DNA of 64,000 nt from Muribaculaceae bacterium (lineage in GTDB: Bacteria; Bacteroidota; Bacteroidia; Bacteroidales; Muribaculaceae), in NCBI GenBank assembly GCA_017548365.1, contig JAFZAC010000031.1, positions 5,248 to 69,247 of the forward strand, written 5' to 3'. Shown piece by piece: positions 28,456 through 38,968 of this stretch. The notes beneath the pieces were generated by a model. The model ran no database searches. It had not been told where the DNA came from and saw nothing but the letters and a program-made list of their open reading frames with translations. Position 1 is the stretch's first letter; each line of letters starts with the position of its first letter. The translations under genes and the position numbers were made by a program.

Positions 28456-29940
28456 ATGACAAAGATTAATTGCTTTATCCCATTTGCCAATGCCGACCAG
28501 GCACAGGCTACAGTTGATGGATTGAAGGCCAATCCATTAGTAAACAAAATCTATTTGCTTGCCAATGATGAGGCCCAGGGCACTATCGACGGCTGCGAGA
28601 TGCTCAAGGTGAATAACCTCACATCGACCGCCACTATGAAGGCTATTGCCGAGCGCAGTGACGCATGCGTGACATTACTTTACACCAAGTATGTAACACT
28701 CAAGTTCGCGCCTTATGCCATTGAGCGTTTTGTAAAAATACTTGCCGACACTCAGAGCGGTATGGTTTATGCCGACCACTACAACGTTACCGACAAGGGC
28801 GCCGACAAAGCTCCAGTAATTGATTATCAGATGGGTTCTCTGCGCGATGATTTCGACTTTGGCTCAGTGCTGGTTTACTGTGGTGAGTGCTTCAAGAAAG
28901 CCGCTGCAGCAATGAAGGCCGACTATGAATTTGCCGGTCTCTACGACCATCGCCTCAAGCTGTCGCAATTCGCGACCATCACCCATATCAATGAGTTCCT
29001 TTATAGCGACGTAGAGCTTGACACTCGCAAGAGCGGCGAGAAGATTTTTGACTATGTTGATCCTCGCAACCGTGGTCGCCAAATTGAGATGGAGGCTGCC
29101 TGCACCGAGCATCTGAAGGAGATTGGCGGTTATTTGGCACCCACCAAGGTGGTTGACGGCAAAGAAGTACCAAACTTCAAGCACATTGAATTTGATCACG
29201 ACAAGTTTGAGGTTGAGGCAACAGTAATGATACCCGTGCGCAACCGCATCCGCACCATCCGCGACGCCATCAACAGCGTTCTTAATCAGAAGACCAATTT
29301 CAAGTTCAATCTCATGGTAGTTGACAACTTCTCGACCGACGGCACTCGCGAGGCCATCGCCGAATATGACGACCCACGCCTCATCCACATCATTGCCGAC
29401 TTCTACGACATGGGAATTGGCGGTTACTGGAATCTTGCCGCCCATCATGAGAAGGCTGGTAAGTTTGTAGTTCAGCTTGATAGCGACGATATGTACAAAG
29501 ACGAGAACACTTTGCAGACCATGGTTAACGCCTTCTACGAGCAAAACGTGGCAATGGTTGTCGGCACCTATCTGATGACCGACATCAACTGCAACCCCAT
29601 TCCTCCAGGCGTGATTGACCACAAAGAATGGACTCCAGAGAATGGCCGCAACAATGCTCTCCGCATCAACGGTCTTGGCGCTCCCCGCGCATTCTACACT
29701 CCCGTGCTTCGTGAGGTCATGCTACCCAACACCAGCTATGGTGAGGACTACGCACTTGGTCTGAACATTTCACGCACTTACCAGATAGGCCGCGTTTACG
29801 AGCCTGTTTATATGTGCCGTCGCTGGGACGACAACAGCGATGCCAACGTGGATGTTGTTAAGATGAACAATAACAACCTCTACAAAGACCGCATGCGCAC
29901 TTGGGAGCTTATGGCTCGCATCGCGCTTAACAAAAAATAA
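28456..29940 (+). CDS. Two-domain glycosyltransferase family 2 (paralogue 2)
   Basis: Same architecture: GSLRDDFDFG, VMIPVRNR, VDNFSTDGT, LDSDD and YGEDY. Confidence 0.88.
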   Translation: MTKINCFIPFANADQAQATVDGLKANPLVNKIYLLANDEAQGTIDGCEMLKVNNLTSTATMKAIAERSDACVTLLYTKYVTLKFAPYAIERFVKILADTQSGMVYADHYNVTDKGADKAPVIDYQMGSLRDDFDFGSVLVYCGECFKKAAAAMKADYEFAGLYDHRLKLSQFATITHINEFLYSDVELDTRKSGEKIFDYVDPRNRGRQIEMEAACTEHLKEIGGYLAPTKVVDGKEVPNFKHIEFDHDKFEVEATVMIPVRNRIRTIRDAINSVLNQKTNFKFNLMVVDNFSTDGTREAIAEYDDPRLIHIIADFYDMGIGGYWNLAAHHEKAGKFVVQLDSDDMYKDENTLQTMVNAFYEQNVAMVVGTYLMTDINCNPIPPGVIDHKEWTPENGRNNALRINGLGAPRAFYTPVLREVMLPNTSYGEDYALGLNISRTYQIGRVYEPVYMCRRWDDNSDANVDVVKMNNNNLYKDRMRTWELMARIALNKK

Positions 29941-29957
29941 AGAAACTTTCTTAATTC

Positions 29958-30938
29958 ATGAGCCGCCGTTACAACGAAGAAATAACCCAGTTGTGGGCAA
30001 GACAACACGCTGAGTGGGACACCGTAAGAAAGAATTACGGCAACCTCTATAATGCACTCACTCGCACCATAAAGGTGGGTGTAAATACGTTCGTTTTGCA
30101 ATACAACCCCGAGCGTTTACGTTCTTCGGCAGCAAACATTGACGCAAAAGCAATAAGTGAACGTCCCTGCTTCTTGTGTAACGAGAACCAGCCACCAGAG
30201 CAAGAAACTGTGATGTGGGAAGATAAATATAAGATACAGGTTAACCCCTACCCCATCTTCAAGCGCCACCTCACCATCTCGGCCGTAGAGCACACTCCTC
30301 AGTTAATCTCAGGCCGCTTTGGCGACATGATGCGTCTTGCTCGAGACCTAAAAGACTATGTGGTGTTTTACAATGGTCCTCATAGTGGAGCTTCGGCTCC
30401 CGACCACATGCACTTCCAGGCGGGGTTACGTGACGAGCTGCCCATATGCAGTGAACTACCTTGGCTAACGATGAGAGTAATCAACAGCGGCGCATGTTTT
30501 TTGAGCTACAATATCAGCTCGCTACGACCAGTGTTCTACATTGACACCTCCAGCTTAGAGGATGGCGAGAAATACTTATGTGAGCTGCTCAATTTCTTGC
30601 CACAGAAAGAAGGGCATGACGAACCAATGGTCAACATCTTGTGCTGGTATGATTACAACTCATGGAAGATAGCATTGTTTCCACGCAGCAAGCACCGTCC
30701 ATCGTGCTATGGCACCAATGATGACCAATTTATCATTAGCCCTGCATCGGTCGATTTGGGCGGCTTGATAGCCGTGGCTCGTGAAGAAGACTTTTATAGA
30801 CTTACCTTCCCTGATGTGACATCCATCTTATCAGATGTGTGTCTAAATGAAATTGAAGTAGCAAAAATTGCTGACAACTTAACCAACTATTACACTTTAA
30901 TAAAACTTACAAACTATGGCACAAGTTCCCCAAGTTAG
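29958..30938 (+). CDS. DUF4922 family, HIT/GalT-like HxHxQ nucleotidyltransferase/phosphorylase
   Basis: QYNPER, RPCFLC, NPYPI, HLTI, GASAPDHMHFQAG and HRPSCY motifs. Confidence 0.75.
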   Translation: MSRRYNEEITQLWARQHAEWDTVRKNYGNLYNALTRTIKVGVNTFVLQYNPERLRSSAANIDAKAISERPCFLCNENQPPEQETVMWEDKYKIQVNPYPIFKRHLTISAVEHTPQLISGRFGDMMRLARDLKDYVVFYNGPHSGASAPDHMHFQAGLRDELPICSELPWLTMRVINSGACFLSYNISSLRPVFYIDTSSLEDGEKYLCELLNFLPQKEGHDEPMVNILCWYDYNSWKIALFPRSKHRPSCYGTNDDQFIISPASVDLGGLIAVAREEDFYRLTFPDVTSILSDVCLNEIEVAKIADNLTNYYTLIKLTNYGTSSPS

Positions 30939-32241
30939 AGTGGGCATAATGTCCGAACCTATAGTTGAGTTTGAATTCAACGGCGACTATCGTGTAGACG
31001 GCGAGAAAGTGACCGGCAACCACTTGGCGCGCTGCGTCGATGGCATGGTAGAGTGGAATGGCAAGAAATATCACGACATTCTCTTTGAGCCCATCAATGT
31101 CGACACCGACTCGTTCACTCTTGAGAATGTGACGATTGGCGTGAGCTTTCATTGGAAGCGTAAGGAAAATCAGACCTTCCGTGGAGCTCTGCATCTCATA
31201 GTTGAGAACGACAGCATTACCACAATCAACATCCTTTCAGTTGAGGAATATCTGTTGAGTGTGATTTCGAGCGAAATGAGTGCTAATGCCTCACTTGAAC
31301 TGCTCAAAGCTCATGCAGTGATTTCACGTAGCTGGCTTTTAGCTCAAATCAAGAAAGATAATGTTGACGCAACATCCGATCCTGGATTGCATCAGGAATT
31401 TGAAGCAAGCAGCGAGACCGAAGAAATAAAATGGTGGGACCGCGATGACCATGTGAACTTTGACGTATGCGCCGACGATCACTGTCAGCGCTACCAAGGC
31501 ATCACACGTGCCTCGACCGAGGCTGTGCGACAAGCCATCGAAGCCACATGGGGACAAGTGTTGATGTATGGCGGTGAGCTTTGCGACGCACGCTTCTCAA
31601 AGTCATGCGGCGGTGTTTATGAGCAGTTTGAGAACTGCTGGCAAGATGACCCACACCCCTATCTGGTGGCACGTCGCGACGATGATGACGAGATGAATTT
31701 CCCCGACCTCACTCGCGAAGACAATGCCGCCGACTGGATTCTTTCATCACCTCACGCTCATTGCAACACCACCGACAAGGGAATCCTGTCACAGGTACTC
31801 AATGATTATGACCAGGAGACCACCGATTTCTACCGTTGGCGAGTGGAATACACGCAAGAAGAGCTCAGCCGCATCATCAAGGAGCGCACTGGCGACGACT
31901 ATGGCCACATCATCGACCTCGAGCCTGTGGCACGAGGCACCAGCGGACGACTTTACAAGCTGCGAATCGTGGGCGAGAAGATGACCAAGACTATTGGCAA
32001 GGAGCTTACCATTCGCTATGCACTGTCTCCTTCGTGCCTCTACAGCTCGGCTTTCATTGTTGAGAAAATCAATGAGAACAACGCGCAATATCCCGAGAAA
32101 TTTGTGCTTCGTGGTGCTGGATGGGGACATGGTGTTGGTCTTTGCCAGATAGGTGCCGCAGTGATGGGCGCCAAGGGCTACGACTACAACCAAATCCTGC
32201 TCCACTACTTCATCGACGCACAAATCGAGACAATATATTAA
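30916..32241 (+). CDS. SpoIID/LytB domain peptidoglycan lytic enzyme
   Basis: EEYLLSVISSEM, LKAHAVISRS, CADDHCQRYQG and GWGHGVGLCQIGA motifs. Confidence 0.9.
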   Translation: MAQVPQVRVGIMSEPIVEFEFNGDYRVDGEKVTGNHLARCVDGMVEWNGKKYHDILFEPINVDTDSFTLENVTIGVSFHWKRKENQTFRGALHLIVENDSITTINILSVEEYLLSVISSEMSANASLELLKAHAVISRSWLLAQIKKDNVDATSDPGLHQEFEASSETEEIKWWDRDDHVNFDVCADDHCQRYQGITRASTEAVRQAIEATWGQVLMYGGELCDARFSKSCGGVYEQFENCWQDDPHPYLVARRDDDDEMNFPDLTREDNAADWILSSPHAHCNTTDKGILSQVLNDYDQETTDFYRWRVEYTQEELSRIIKERTGDDYGHIIDLEPVARGTSGRLYKLRIVGEKMTKTIGKELTIRYALSPSCLYSSAFIVEKINENNAQYPEKFVLRGAGWGHGVGLCQIGAAVMGAKGYDYNQILLHYFIDAQIETIY

Positions 32242-32270
32242 GTAACGCCAATAACTAAAACACTATAACA

Positions 32271-33599
32271 ATGAATGCATTAACAAAATTCAAACAGTCA
32301 CCCTGGGCATGGATACCAACTCTTTATTTTATTGAGGGCATACCTTATTTCCTTGTTAATGAGATATCAGTAATCTTATTCAAGAAAATGGGTGTTCCCA
32401 ATGGCCAAATGGCACTCTTCACGAGTCTTATATATCTCCCTTGGGTAATCAAACCCTTGTGGAGTCCGTTTGTCGACATCATCAAGAAGAAACGCTGGTG
32501 GATTGTAATGATGCAGATGCTCATGGCAACAACCTTAATCCTGCTCACCGTCACCATGCCATCGCCTGGAGAAGAGATGATAAAAGCGGGCACTACGCCA
32601 ATGAGCATGTTTACCGTTACTCTTATCTTTTTCATCATCACAGCATTTGCCTCGTCAACACACGATATAGCTGCCGACGGTTTCTACATGCTGGCACTGA
32701 CACAGAAAAACCAGTCAGCTTTTGTAGGAGTTCGTTCCACGTTCTACCGACTTGCCAATATTTTTGGAAATGGCGTGCTGGTGTGGATTGCCGGATATCT
32801 TGAGACCAAGACTTCAATTCCCGCAGGATGGAAAATCACAATGGGAATAGCTTCGGCCATCATGTGCTTATTCTACATTTACCACCTATTCTTCATTCCT
32901 CGCCCCGACAGTGACCGTTCCTCACTTGAAGGATCTTTAAAAAACAACAGTTCACAAGTGATGAAAGAGTTTGGACGTACTATTGTGACCTATTTCAAGA
33001 AACCCGGTGTGTGGATTGCTATCATCTTCATGCTGCTTTATCGCTTGCCCGAGGCCTTCCTGCTCAAGATGTGTAAGCCTTTCATGCTCGACCCAATAGA
33101 CAAGGGTGGTCTATCGATGACAACACAAGACGTGGGTCAAGCTTACGGCATCATTGGTGTGGCTGCCCTTTTAGCTGGTGGTATTCTTGGCGGAATATTC
33201 TCATCAAAAGTTGGTCTAAAGAAAGCCATTTGGCTAATGGCCGGTTGCATGACACTGCCTTGCCTAACCTTTGTATATCTCTCAATGGCTCAGCCCACAA
33301 ACTACTTCATCATCTGCACCTGCATCGTGATTGAGCAGTTTGGTTATGGCTTTGGATTCACAGCCTATATGCTCTACATGATGTTCTTCTCGGAAGGCGA
33401 GTTCAAGACCTCACACTATGCCCTGTGTACGGCATTCATGTCGCTGAGTATGATGATTCCAGGCATGTTTGCTGGCTACATACAGGAGTCTATAGGCTAC
33501 TCGGCATTCTTCTGGATGGCATTTGCTTGCAGTATAGCAACAATTGCTGTAACCTTCCTTGCCGACCGCAAAATTGATCCAGAATACGGACTCAAATAA
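32271..33599 (+). CDS. ampG: AmpG-like MFS muropeptide permease
   Basis: LPWVIKPLWSPFVD, ASSTHDIAADGFY and HYALCTAF motifs; 12-TM pattern; cluster context. Confidence 0.82.
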   Translation: MNALTKFKQSPWAWIPTLYFIEGIPYFLVNEISVILFKKMGVPNGQMALFTSLIYLPWVIKPLWSPFVDIIKKKRWWIVMMQMLMATTLILLTVTMPSPGEEMIKAGTTPMSMFTVTLIFFIITAFASSTHDIAADGFYMLALTQKNQSAFVGVRSTFYRLANIFGNGVLVWIAGYLETKTSIPAGWKITMGIASAIMCLFYIYHLFFIPRPDSDRSSLEGSLKNNSSQVMKEFGRTIVTYFKKPGVWIAIIFMLLYRLPEAFLLKMCKPFMLDPIDKGGLSMTTQDVGQAYGIIGVAALLAGGILGGIFSSKVGLKKAIWLMAGCMTLPCLTFVYLSMAQPTNYFIICTCIVIEQFGYGFGFTAYMLYMMFFSEGEFKTSHYALCTAFMSLSMMIPGMFAGYIQESIGYSAFFWMAFACSIATIAVTFLADRKIDPEYGLK

Positions 33600-33623
33600 T
33601 TAACAATCAAACAACTGAAAATT

Positions 33624-34877
33624 ATGAAACGTCACATATTATTCATAACTTTAGCTATAGTGGCAATGGCAGCAAGTGCTGCTGTAAAACCAGGTATTGA
33701 GGTGCTGCGCGATAGAGGTTTTAAGGAACTACAAGGCAAGCGCGTGGGATTGGTGACAAACCCCAGTGGCATTGACAACAACCTCAAGTCAACAGTCGAC
33801 ATCCTCAACGAAGCACCTGGCGTGAAACTGGTAGCACTTTTCGGTCCTGAGCATGGAGTACGCGGCAATGCCCACGCAGGCGACAAAGTAGCCGACGATG
33901 TCGACCCTGCAACTGGCGTCAAGATGTATTCCCTATATGGCAAGACCCACGAGCCTACAACCGAAATGCTGAAGGACATTGATATTCTCATCTACGACAT
34001 CCAGGACATTGGCTGCCGCAGTTACACGTTCTATGCCACCATGGGAGTGTGCATGCAGGCCTGTGCCAAGCACAATAAAGAATTTATGGTCCTTGACCGC
34101 CCCAACCCCCTTGGAGGCAACAAGGTAGAAGGCAACCTTGTGGAAGAAGGCTATTTCTCGTTTGTGAGCAAGTATGCCATTCCTTACCTCTATGGTCTCA
34201 CTCCTGGCGAATTGGCGCAATATCTCAACGAAGAAGGCATCATTGGCAAGGAGTCAAAAACCGGCAAAAAGTGCAAGCTGACTGTCATCCCCATGGAAGG
34301 CTGGACTCGCGACATGAAGTTCCGCGACACCGGTATGCCCTGGGTACTCCCTTCTCCTCAGATTCCTGCTCCCGAGAACGCATTCTTCTATCCCGTGAGC
34401 GGCATCCTTGGCGAGTTGTATATCTTCAACACCGGCATTGGCTACACTTTGCCATTTGAATGTTTTGCCGCCTCTTGGATTGATGCTGAAGAGCTTGCAA
34501 AGAACATGAACGCACTGAATCTGCCAGGAATGCACTTCCGTCCCATCAACTACAAACCATTCTTTGCATTAAGCGTGGCAGTCGACAAGACATTGCAAGA
34601 GGTGCATGGTGTTCAGATTTATATCACCGACTTTGACAAGGCAAATCTTGTGCTCACTCAGTTCTACTTCCTTCAAGTGATTCACGAGATGTATCCCAAG
34701 AAGCAACTCTTTGAGCAGAATCCACAGCGCTATGCGATGTTTGACAAGGTGTGCGGCACAAAGGAAATTCGCGAGCGCTTCTGCAAACGCTATAAAGTAG
34801 AAGACATTATCGACTACTTCAATAAAGACACCGAAGCTTTTAAAGCAAAATCAAGCAAATATTACCTCTATGAGTAA
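33624..34877 (+). CDS. namZ: Exo-beta-N-acetylmuramidase NamZ (DUF1343)
   Basis: Signal peptide; VGLVTNPSG, LFGPEHG, YDIQDIGCRSYT, LDRPNP and PSPQIP motifs. Confidence 0.9.
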   Translation: MKRHILFITLAIVAMAASAAVKPGIEVLRDRGFKELQGKRVGLVTNPSGIDNNLKSTVDILNEAPGVKLVALFGPEHGVRGNAHAGDKVADDVDPATGVKMYSLYGKTHEPTTEMLKDIDILIYDIQDIGCRSYTFYATMGVCMQACAKHNKEFMVLDRPNPLGGNKVEGNLVEEGYFSFVSKYAIPYLYGLTPGELAQYLNEEGIIGKESKTGKKCKLTVIPMEGWTRDMKFRDTGMPWVLPSPQIPAPENAFFYPVSGILGELYIFNTGIGYTLPFECFAASWIDAEELAKNMNALNLPGMHFRPINYKPFFALSVAVDKTLQEVHGVQIYITDFDKANLVLTQFYFLQVIHEMYPKKQLFEQNPQRYAMFDKVCGTKEIRERFCKRYKVEDIIDYFNKDTEAFKAKSSKYYLYE

Positions 34878-34937
34878 TGTAGTTGAGCTGTAAAATAGTT
34901 GAGCAATTTATCATAACTCCTTTAATTCCTTTTTACT

Positions 34938-37727
34938 TTGGACGAGAAACATAAAAAATATCTCAAGCGCATTAGGGAGTTCATCCCTAAAGACCGCATC
35001 TATACCGACGACTTGCACTGCCTGGCGTGGGGCACTGATGCTGGCTTCTACCGCAACATTCCGCAAGTGGTGGTGCGCTCCAGCAACGAGCAGGAAGTAT
35101 CGAAACTGCTAAGCATTGCCAATGAGATGCAGCTTCCAGTAACATTCCGCGCTGCCGGCACAAGTTTGAGCGGACAGACCAACACCGACTCCATCCTCAT
35201 TGTGGCAGGCAAGAACTGGGAAAACTATGAGGTTGCTCCCGACGCCAGCTACATCAAGCTTCAGCCTGGAATTGTAGGCAGTGAAGTCGACAAGATTCTC
35301 GCCCGTCACAACCGCGCATTCACCCCCGACCCTGCCAGCAAGAACTCATCGATGGTGGGTGGCATCGTCATCAACAATGCCAGCGGCATGAGCTGTGGCA
35401 CACATGCCAACAGCGACCGTATGATGCTCTCTATGCGCATCGTCATGGCCGACGGCACCGTTCTCGACACTGGCGACAAGCGCAGTCGCGACAATTTCAG
35501 TTTATCTCATCCACAATTCATCAAGCGCATTGAAGAGATTCGCGACCGAGTAATGGCCGACGAGGAGCTTGTGGCACGCATTCGTCGCAAGTATTCCATC
35601 AAGAACGTAACAGGTCTCAATATTTCGCCGTTTGTACTCTACAACGACCCATTCGACATCATCACACATTTGATGGTTGGCAGTGAGGGAACTCTAGCAT
35701 TTGGCAGCGAGTTCACTATGAAGACTGGACATCTCTACCCCTGCCGCGCCAGCGCCATGCTATATTTCCAAGACATGCGTGAGTCGTGCGAAGCAGTGGT
35801 AGCTATGAAGAAAGGCCCTGTGCACTGCGCCGAGATTCTTGACAAAAAATCACTTGCAAGTGTGGATGACAATACTGGTGAAAATCTCACAGCAGTACTC
35901 ATTCAGACCTTTGCCGACAGTCAAGAAGAGCTGCAGAGCAATATCGACCAAATCATGTCGATTCTCGAGCCTTTCCACCTCTTTGTGCCAGCCAACTTTA
36001 CCGATGATCCAAAAGTATATGGCAAGTACTGGGCTATACGCTCAGGAATCTTCCCCAGTGTGGGCGGCACTCGTCCCCTTGGCACCACAGTACTTATCGA
36101 GGATGTGGCATTCCACATTGAGGATCTTCCCGAGGCCACTGTTGATTTGGCGCAGATGCTGATCGACTATGGTTATGACGACAGTTGCATCTACGGCCAC
36201 GCACTTGAGGGCAATTACCACTTCATAATTTCGCAGTCGTTTGACACAGATGAAGAAGTAAAGCGCTATGAAAACCTGATGCGCGCTGTAGTGAAGTTGG
36301 TTATCGACAAATATGACGGTTCGCTAAAGGCCGAGCATGGCACTGGCCGCAATATGGCTCCATTTGTCAAGAAAGAATGGGGCGAGAAGGCCTATCAAGT
36401 GATGCTTGACGTTAAGCAACTTTTCGATCCGAAAGGCATCCTCAACCCTGGTGTCATCTTCAACGACGACCCTGAATGCTTTATCAAGAACCTCAAGCCC
36501 ATGCCCTTAACCAATGACAACGTTAACAAATGCATTGAGTGCGGATTCTGTGAGGTGAACTGCGTGAGCAGCGGATTGACACTTTCATCACGCCAGCGCA
36601 TCATTGTTCAACGCGAGATATCTCGACTAAAAGCGACAGGCGAAGACCCTGAGCGATTGAAACGGCTTGAGAAGCAATATCAATACTACGGCGAGGCCAC
36701 TTGCGCCGCCGACGGACTATGCTCTACTTCTTGCCCAATGGGAATCAATGTGGGAGAGCTCACTCACGACCTGCGAGCTGAACAGCACGGCAAGGGCACT
36801 ATGGCACACAGTTTTGGAGATAGTGTAGCCCGCCATTTCGCCATAACCAAAGGGGCACTCAAGTCGCTGCTCTATGTTGCTGGAGCAGCTCACACCGTGC
36901 TTGGCGACAGTGGAGTGATTGCCTTGGGCAAAGCTCTGCACTCCATAGGAGCTCCATTATGGACTCCCTCCACACCTAATCCTCACAAGATGAAATCGCT
37001 TAACCAGCAAGAGAGCGACAAGAAGGTTGTGTACTTCCCCAGCTGCCTAAACCAGTCGCTGGGACGCGACAAGCATGGCGCAGAAGTCGACCTCGTCGAC
37101 AAGGTGGTATCCTTCCTCAACAAGGCTGGATGGCAAGTCATCTATCCCGAGAACATGAATAACTTGTGCTGCGGCATGATTTGGAACAGCAAGGGTATGC
37201 CCGACATAGCTCAGCAAAAGACTGATGAGCTCGAACAGGCACTGCTCAAAGCCAGCGATGACGGCAAACTGCCAGTGGTGTGCGACCAAAGTCCATGTCT
37301 GCATCATATGCGAAAGCACATGAAGCAAGTGAAACCGCTGGAACTCATGGAATTTATCCACGACCTTGTAGCTCAAGATTTGGATTTCACTCCGACCGAC
37401 GAACCCATTGCTCTGCATCTTACCTGCTCCACAAGGCTGATGAAAATTGACGACAAAATACTCGATCTTGCCAAGCGATGCTCCACCAACGTGCTGATTC
37501 CCGAAGGTGTGGGATGCTGTGGCTTTGCCGGTAACAAAGGATTCACCCATCCCGAGCTCAACGCCTATGCCTTGCGCAAACTGCGTCCTCAAATCGAGGC
37601 AGCAGGCATACATCGTGGTTTCAGCAATAGCCGCACTTGCGAGATAGGCCTCACCACCCACAGTGGTGTACCCTACCAATCTTTAATTTACCTTATCGAT
37701 GAAGTGACAACAAAAAAAGACAAATAA
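34938..37727 (+). CDS. FAD-binding, Fe-S-containing D-lactate dehydrogenase-like oxidoreductase (Dld-II type)
   Basis: TTG start; FAD-PCMH (FRAAGTSLSGQ, PDPAS), KAEHGTG, ferredoxin motifs CIECGFC and CAADGLCSTSCP, two CCG domains. Confidence 0.82.
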   Translation: MDEKHKKYLKRIREFIPKDRIYTDDLHCLAWGTDAGFYRNIPQVVVRSSNEQEVSKLLSIANEMQLPVTFRAAGTSLSGQTNTDSILIVAGKNWENYEVAPDASYIKLQPGIVGSEVDKILARHNRAFTPDPASKNSSMVGGIVINNASGMSCGTHANSDRMMLSMRIVMADGTVLDTGDKRSRDNFSLSHPQFIKRIEEIRDRVMADEELVARIRRKYSIKNVTGLNISPFVLYNDPFDIITHLMVGSEGTLAFGSEFTMKTGHLYPCRASAMLYFQDMRESCEAVVAMKKGPVHCAEILDKKSLASVDDNTGENLTAVLIQTFADSQEELQSNIDQIMSILEPFHLFVPANFTDDPKVYGKYWAIRSGIFPSVGGTRPLGTTVLIEDVAFHIEDLPEATVDLAQMLIDYGYDDSCIYGHALEGNYHFIISQSFDTDEEVKRYENLMRAVVKLVIDKYDGSLKAEHGTGRNMAPFVKKEWGEKAYQVMLDVKQLFDPKGILNPGVIFNDDPECFIKNLKPMPLTNDNVNKCIECGFCEVNCVSSGLTLSSRQRIIVQREISRLKATGEDPERLKRLEKQYQYYGEATCAADGLCSTSCPMGINVGELTHDLRAEQHGKGTMAHSFGDSVARHFAITKGALKSLLYVAGAAHTVLGDSGVIALGKALHSIGAPLWTPSTPNPHKMKSLNQQESDKKVVYFPSCLNQSLGRDKHGAEVDLVDKVVSFLNKAGWQVIYPENMNNLCCGMIWNSKGMPDIAQQKTDELEQALLKASDDGKLPVVCDQSPCLHHMRKHMKQVKPLELMEFIHDLVAQDLDFTPTDEPIALHLTCSTRLMKIDDKILDLAKRCSTNVLIPEGVGCCGFAGNKGFTHPELNAYALRKLRPQIEAAGIHRGFSNSRTCEIGLTTHSGVPYQSLIYLIDEVTTKKDK

Positions 37728-37729
37728 AT

Positions 37730-38887
37730 ATGGCAAATAACAACAAACGACTCCTCTCGCTCGACATACTGCGAGGAATAACGATAGCTGGCATGTTGCT
37801 AGTGAACAACCCTGGCACATGGAGCCACATCTATGCCCCGCTCGAGCATGCCGAGTGGATTGGACTGACACCCACCGATCTGGTGTTCCCGTTCTTCATG
37901 TTTGTGATGGGCGTGTCGATGTTCTTCTCGTTGCGAAAGTTTAACTTCAAGCTCAGCGGAAGCTTGATGCTCAAGATATGCCGTCGCACTATTATCCTAT
38001 TCCTTATTGGATGGGTTGTACAGTGGTTTGGAATGTGGTTGAGAGGACTTTACAATCCCGAATCACAGTTCTTTGCCGACATGTTTGGCAAGTTGCGCAT
38101 CCTGGGCGTGTTCCAACGCTTGGCACTTGTCTATTTCTTCGGCTCAATGATTGCCGTGCTGTTCAAGAGCAAGTTCATTCCATGGATAATAGGACTTATT
38201 CTCATTGTATATGCCTTCATCTTGGGATTTGGCAATGGCTATGAGTTCTCGCTCGACAATATTCTCTCGCGCATCGACTGTGCCGTGCTCGGTGAAAATC
38301 ACATGTATCACGAAGAGGCTTTTGGTCTGAAACTCGCTCTCGACCCCGAGGGAATACTCAGCACACTGCCTTGTATTGCCCATGTGCTCATAGGCTTCAT
38401 GGTGGGCAAATGCATTAACACTGTACACAACAACCGCGACCGCATAGTTGAGATTGCAGTGTGGGGAGCACTCATGCTGCTTGTGGGATGGCTGCTGCAA
38501 TACGGAATTCCATGCAGCAAGAAAGCTTGGACATCTAGTTATGTTCTTATCACTTGCGGTATGGCATCATGTATTCTTGCGATGCTCATATATGCTATCG
38601 ACATCAAGGGTCACAACCGCTGGTGCCGCTTCTTCCAGGCATTTGGAATCAACCCGCTTTTCTGCTATTTAGTGGGCACCATTTTTGCCATAGTGTTTGG
38701 CACACTTCGCTTCGGCACCAATGCCGAAGGCGACCCAATTACTATAAAATCACTCATTTTCGACGGCTGGAGTGCCGTCACCACTACCCCCGAGGCAGCA
38801 TCTTGCCTCTATGCCATCACCTTCGTGCTCATCACCTGGTGCTTTGGATATTTCCTATACAAGAAAAAAATATATATAAAGATATAG
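37730..38887 (+). CDS. HGSNAT/DUF5009-like polytopic membrane protein (position of murT in murT-murK-murQ operons)
   Basis: RLLSLDILRG, MLLVN, DLVFPFF, GVFQRLA, DPEGILS and KKAWTSSY motifs; ~11 TM helices. Confidence 0.75.
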   Translation: MANNNKRLLSLDILRGITIAGMLLVNNPGTWSHIYAPLEHAEWIGLTPTDLVFPFFMFVMGVSMFFSLRKFNFKLSGSLMLKICRRTIILFLIGWVVQWFGMWLRGLYNPESQFFADMFGKLRILGVFQRLALVYFFGSMIAVLFKSKFIPWIIGLILIVYAFILGFGNGYEFSLDNILSRIDCAVLGENHMYHEEAFGLKLALDPEGILSTLPCIAHVLIGFMVGKCINTVHNNRDRIVEIAVWGALMLLVGWLLQYGIPCSKKAWTSSYVLITCGMASCILAMLIYAIDIKGHNRWCRFFQAFGINPLFCYLVGTIFAIVFGTLRFGTNAEGDPITIKSLIFDGWSAVTTTPEAASCLYAITFVLITWCFGYFLYKKKIYIKI

Positions 38888-38968
38888 TTGACTAGACAAC
38901 AAAAATACATATCAACAATCCACAATCACGATTCTCGAATTCAATTTATAACTTAAAAATATTACATT

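Noticed and set aside
28864-29622. 252-aa minus-strand ORF, and similarly 41560-42333 and 14095-14883
   Set aside because: Antisense to well-supported genes (GT2, fprA, PBP1A).
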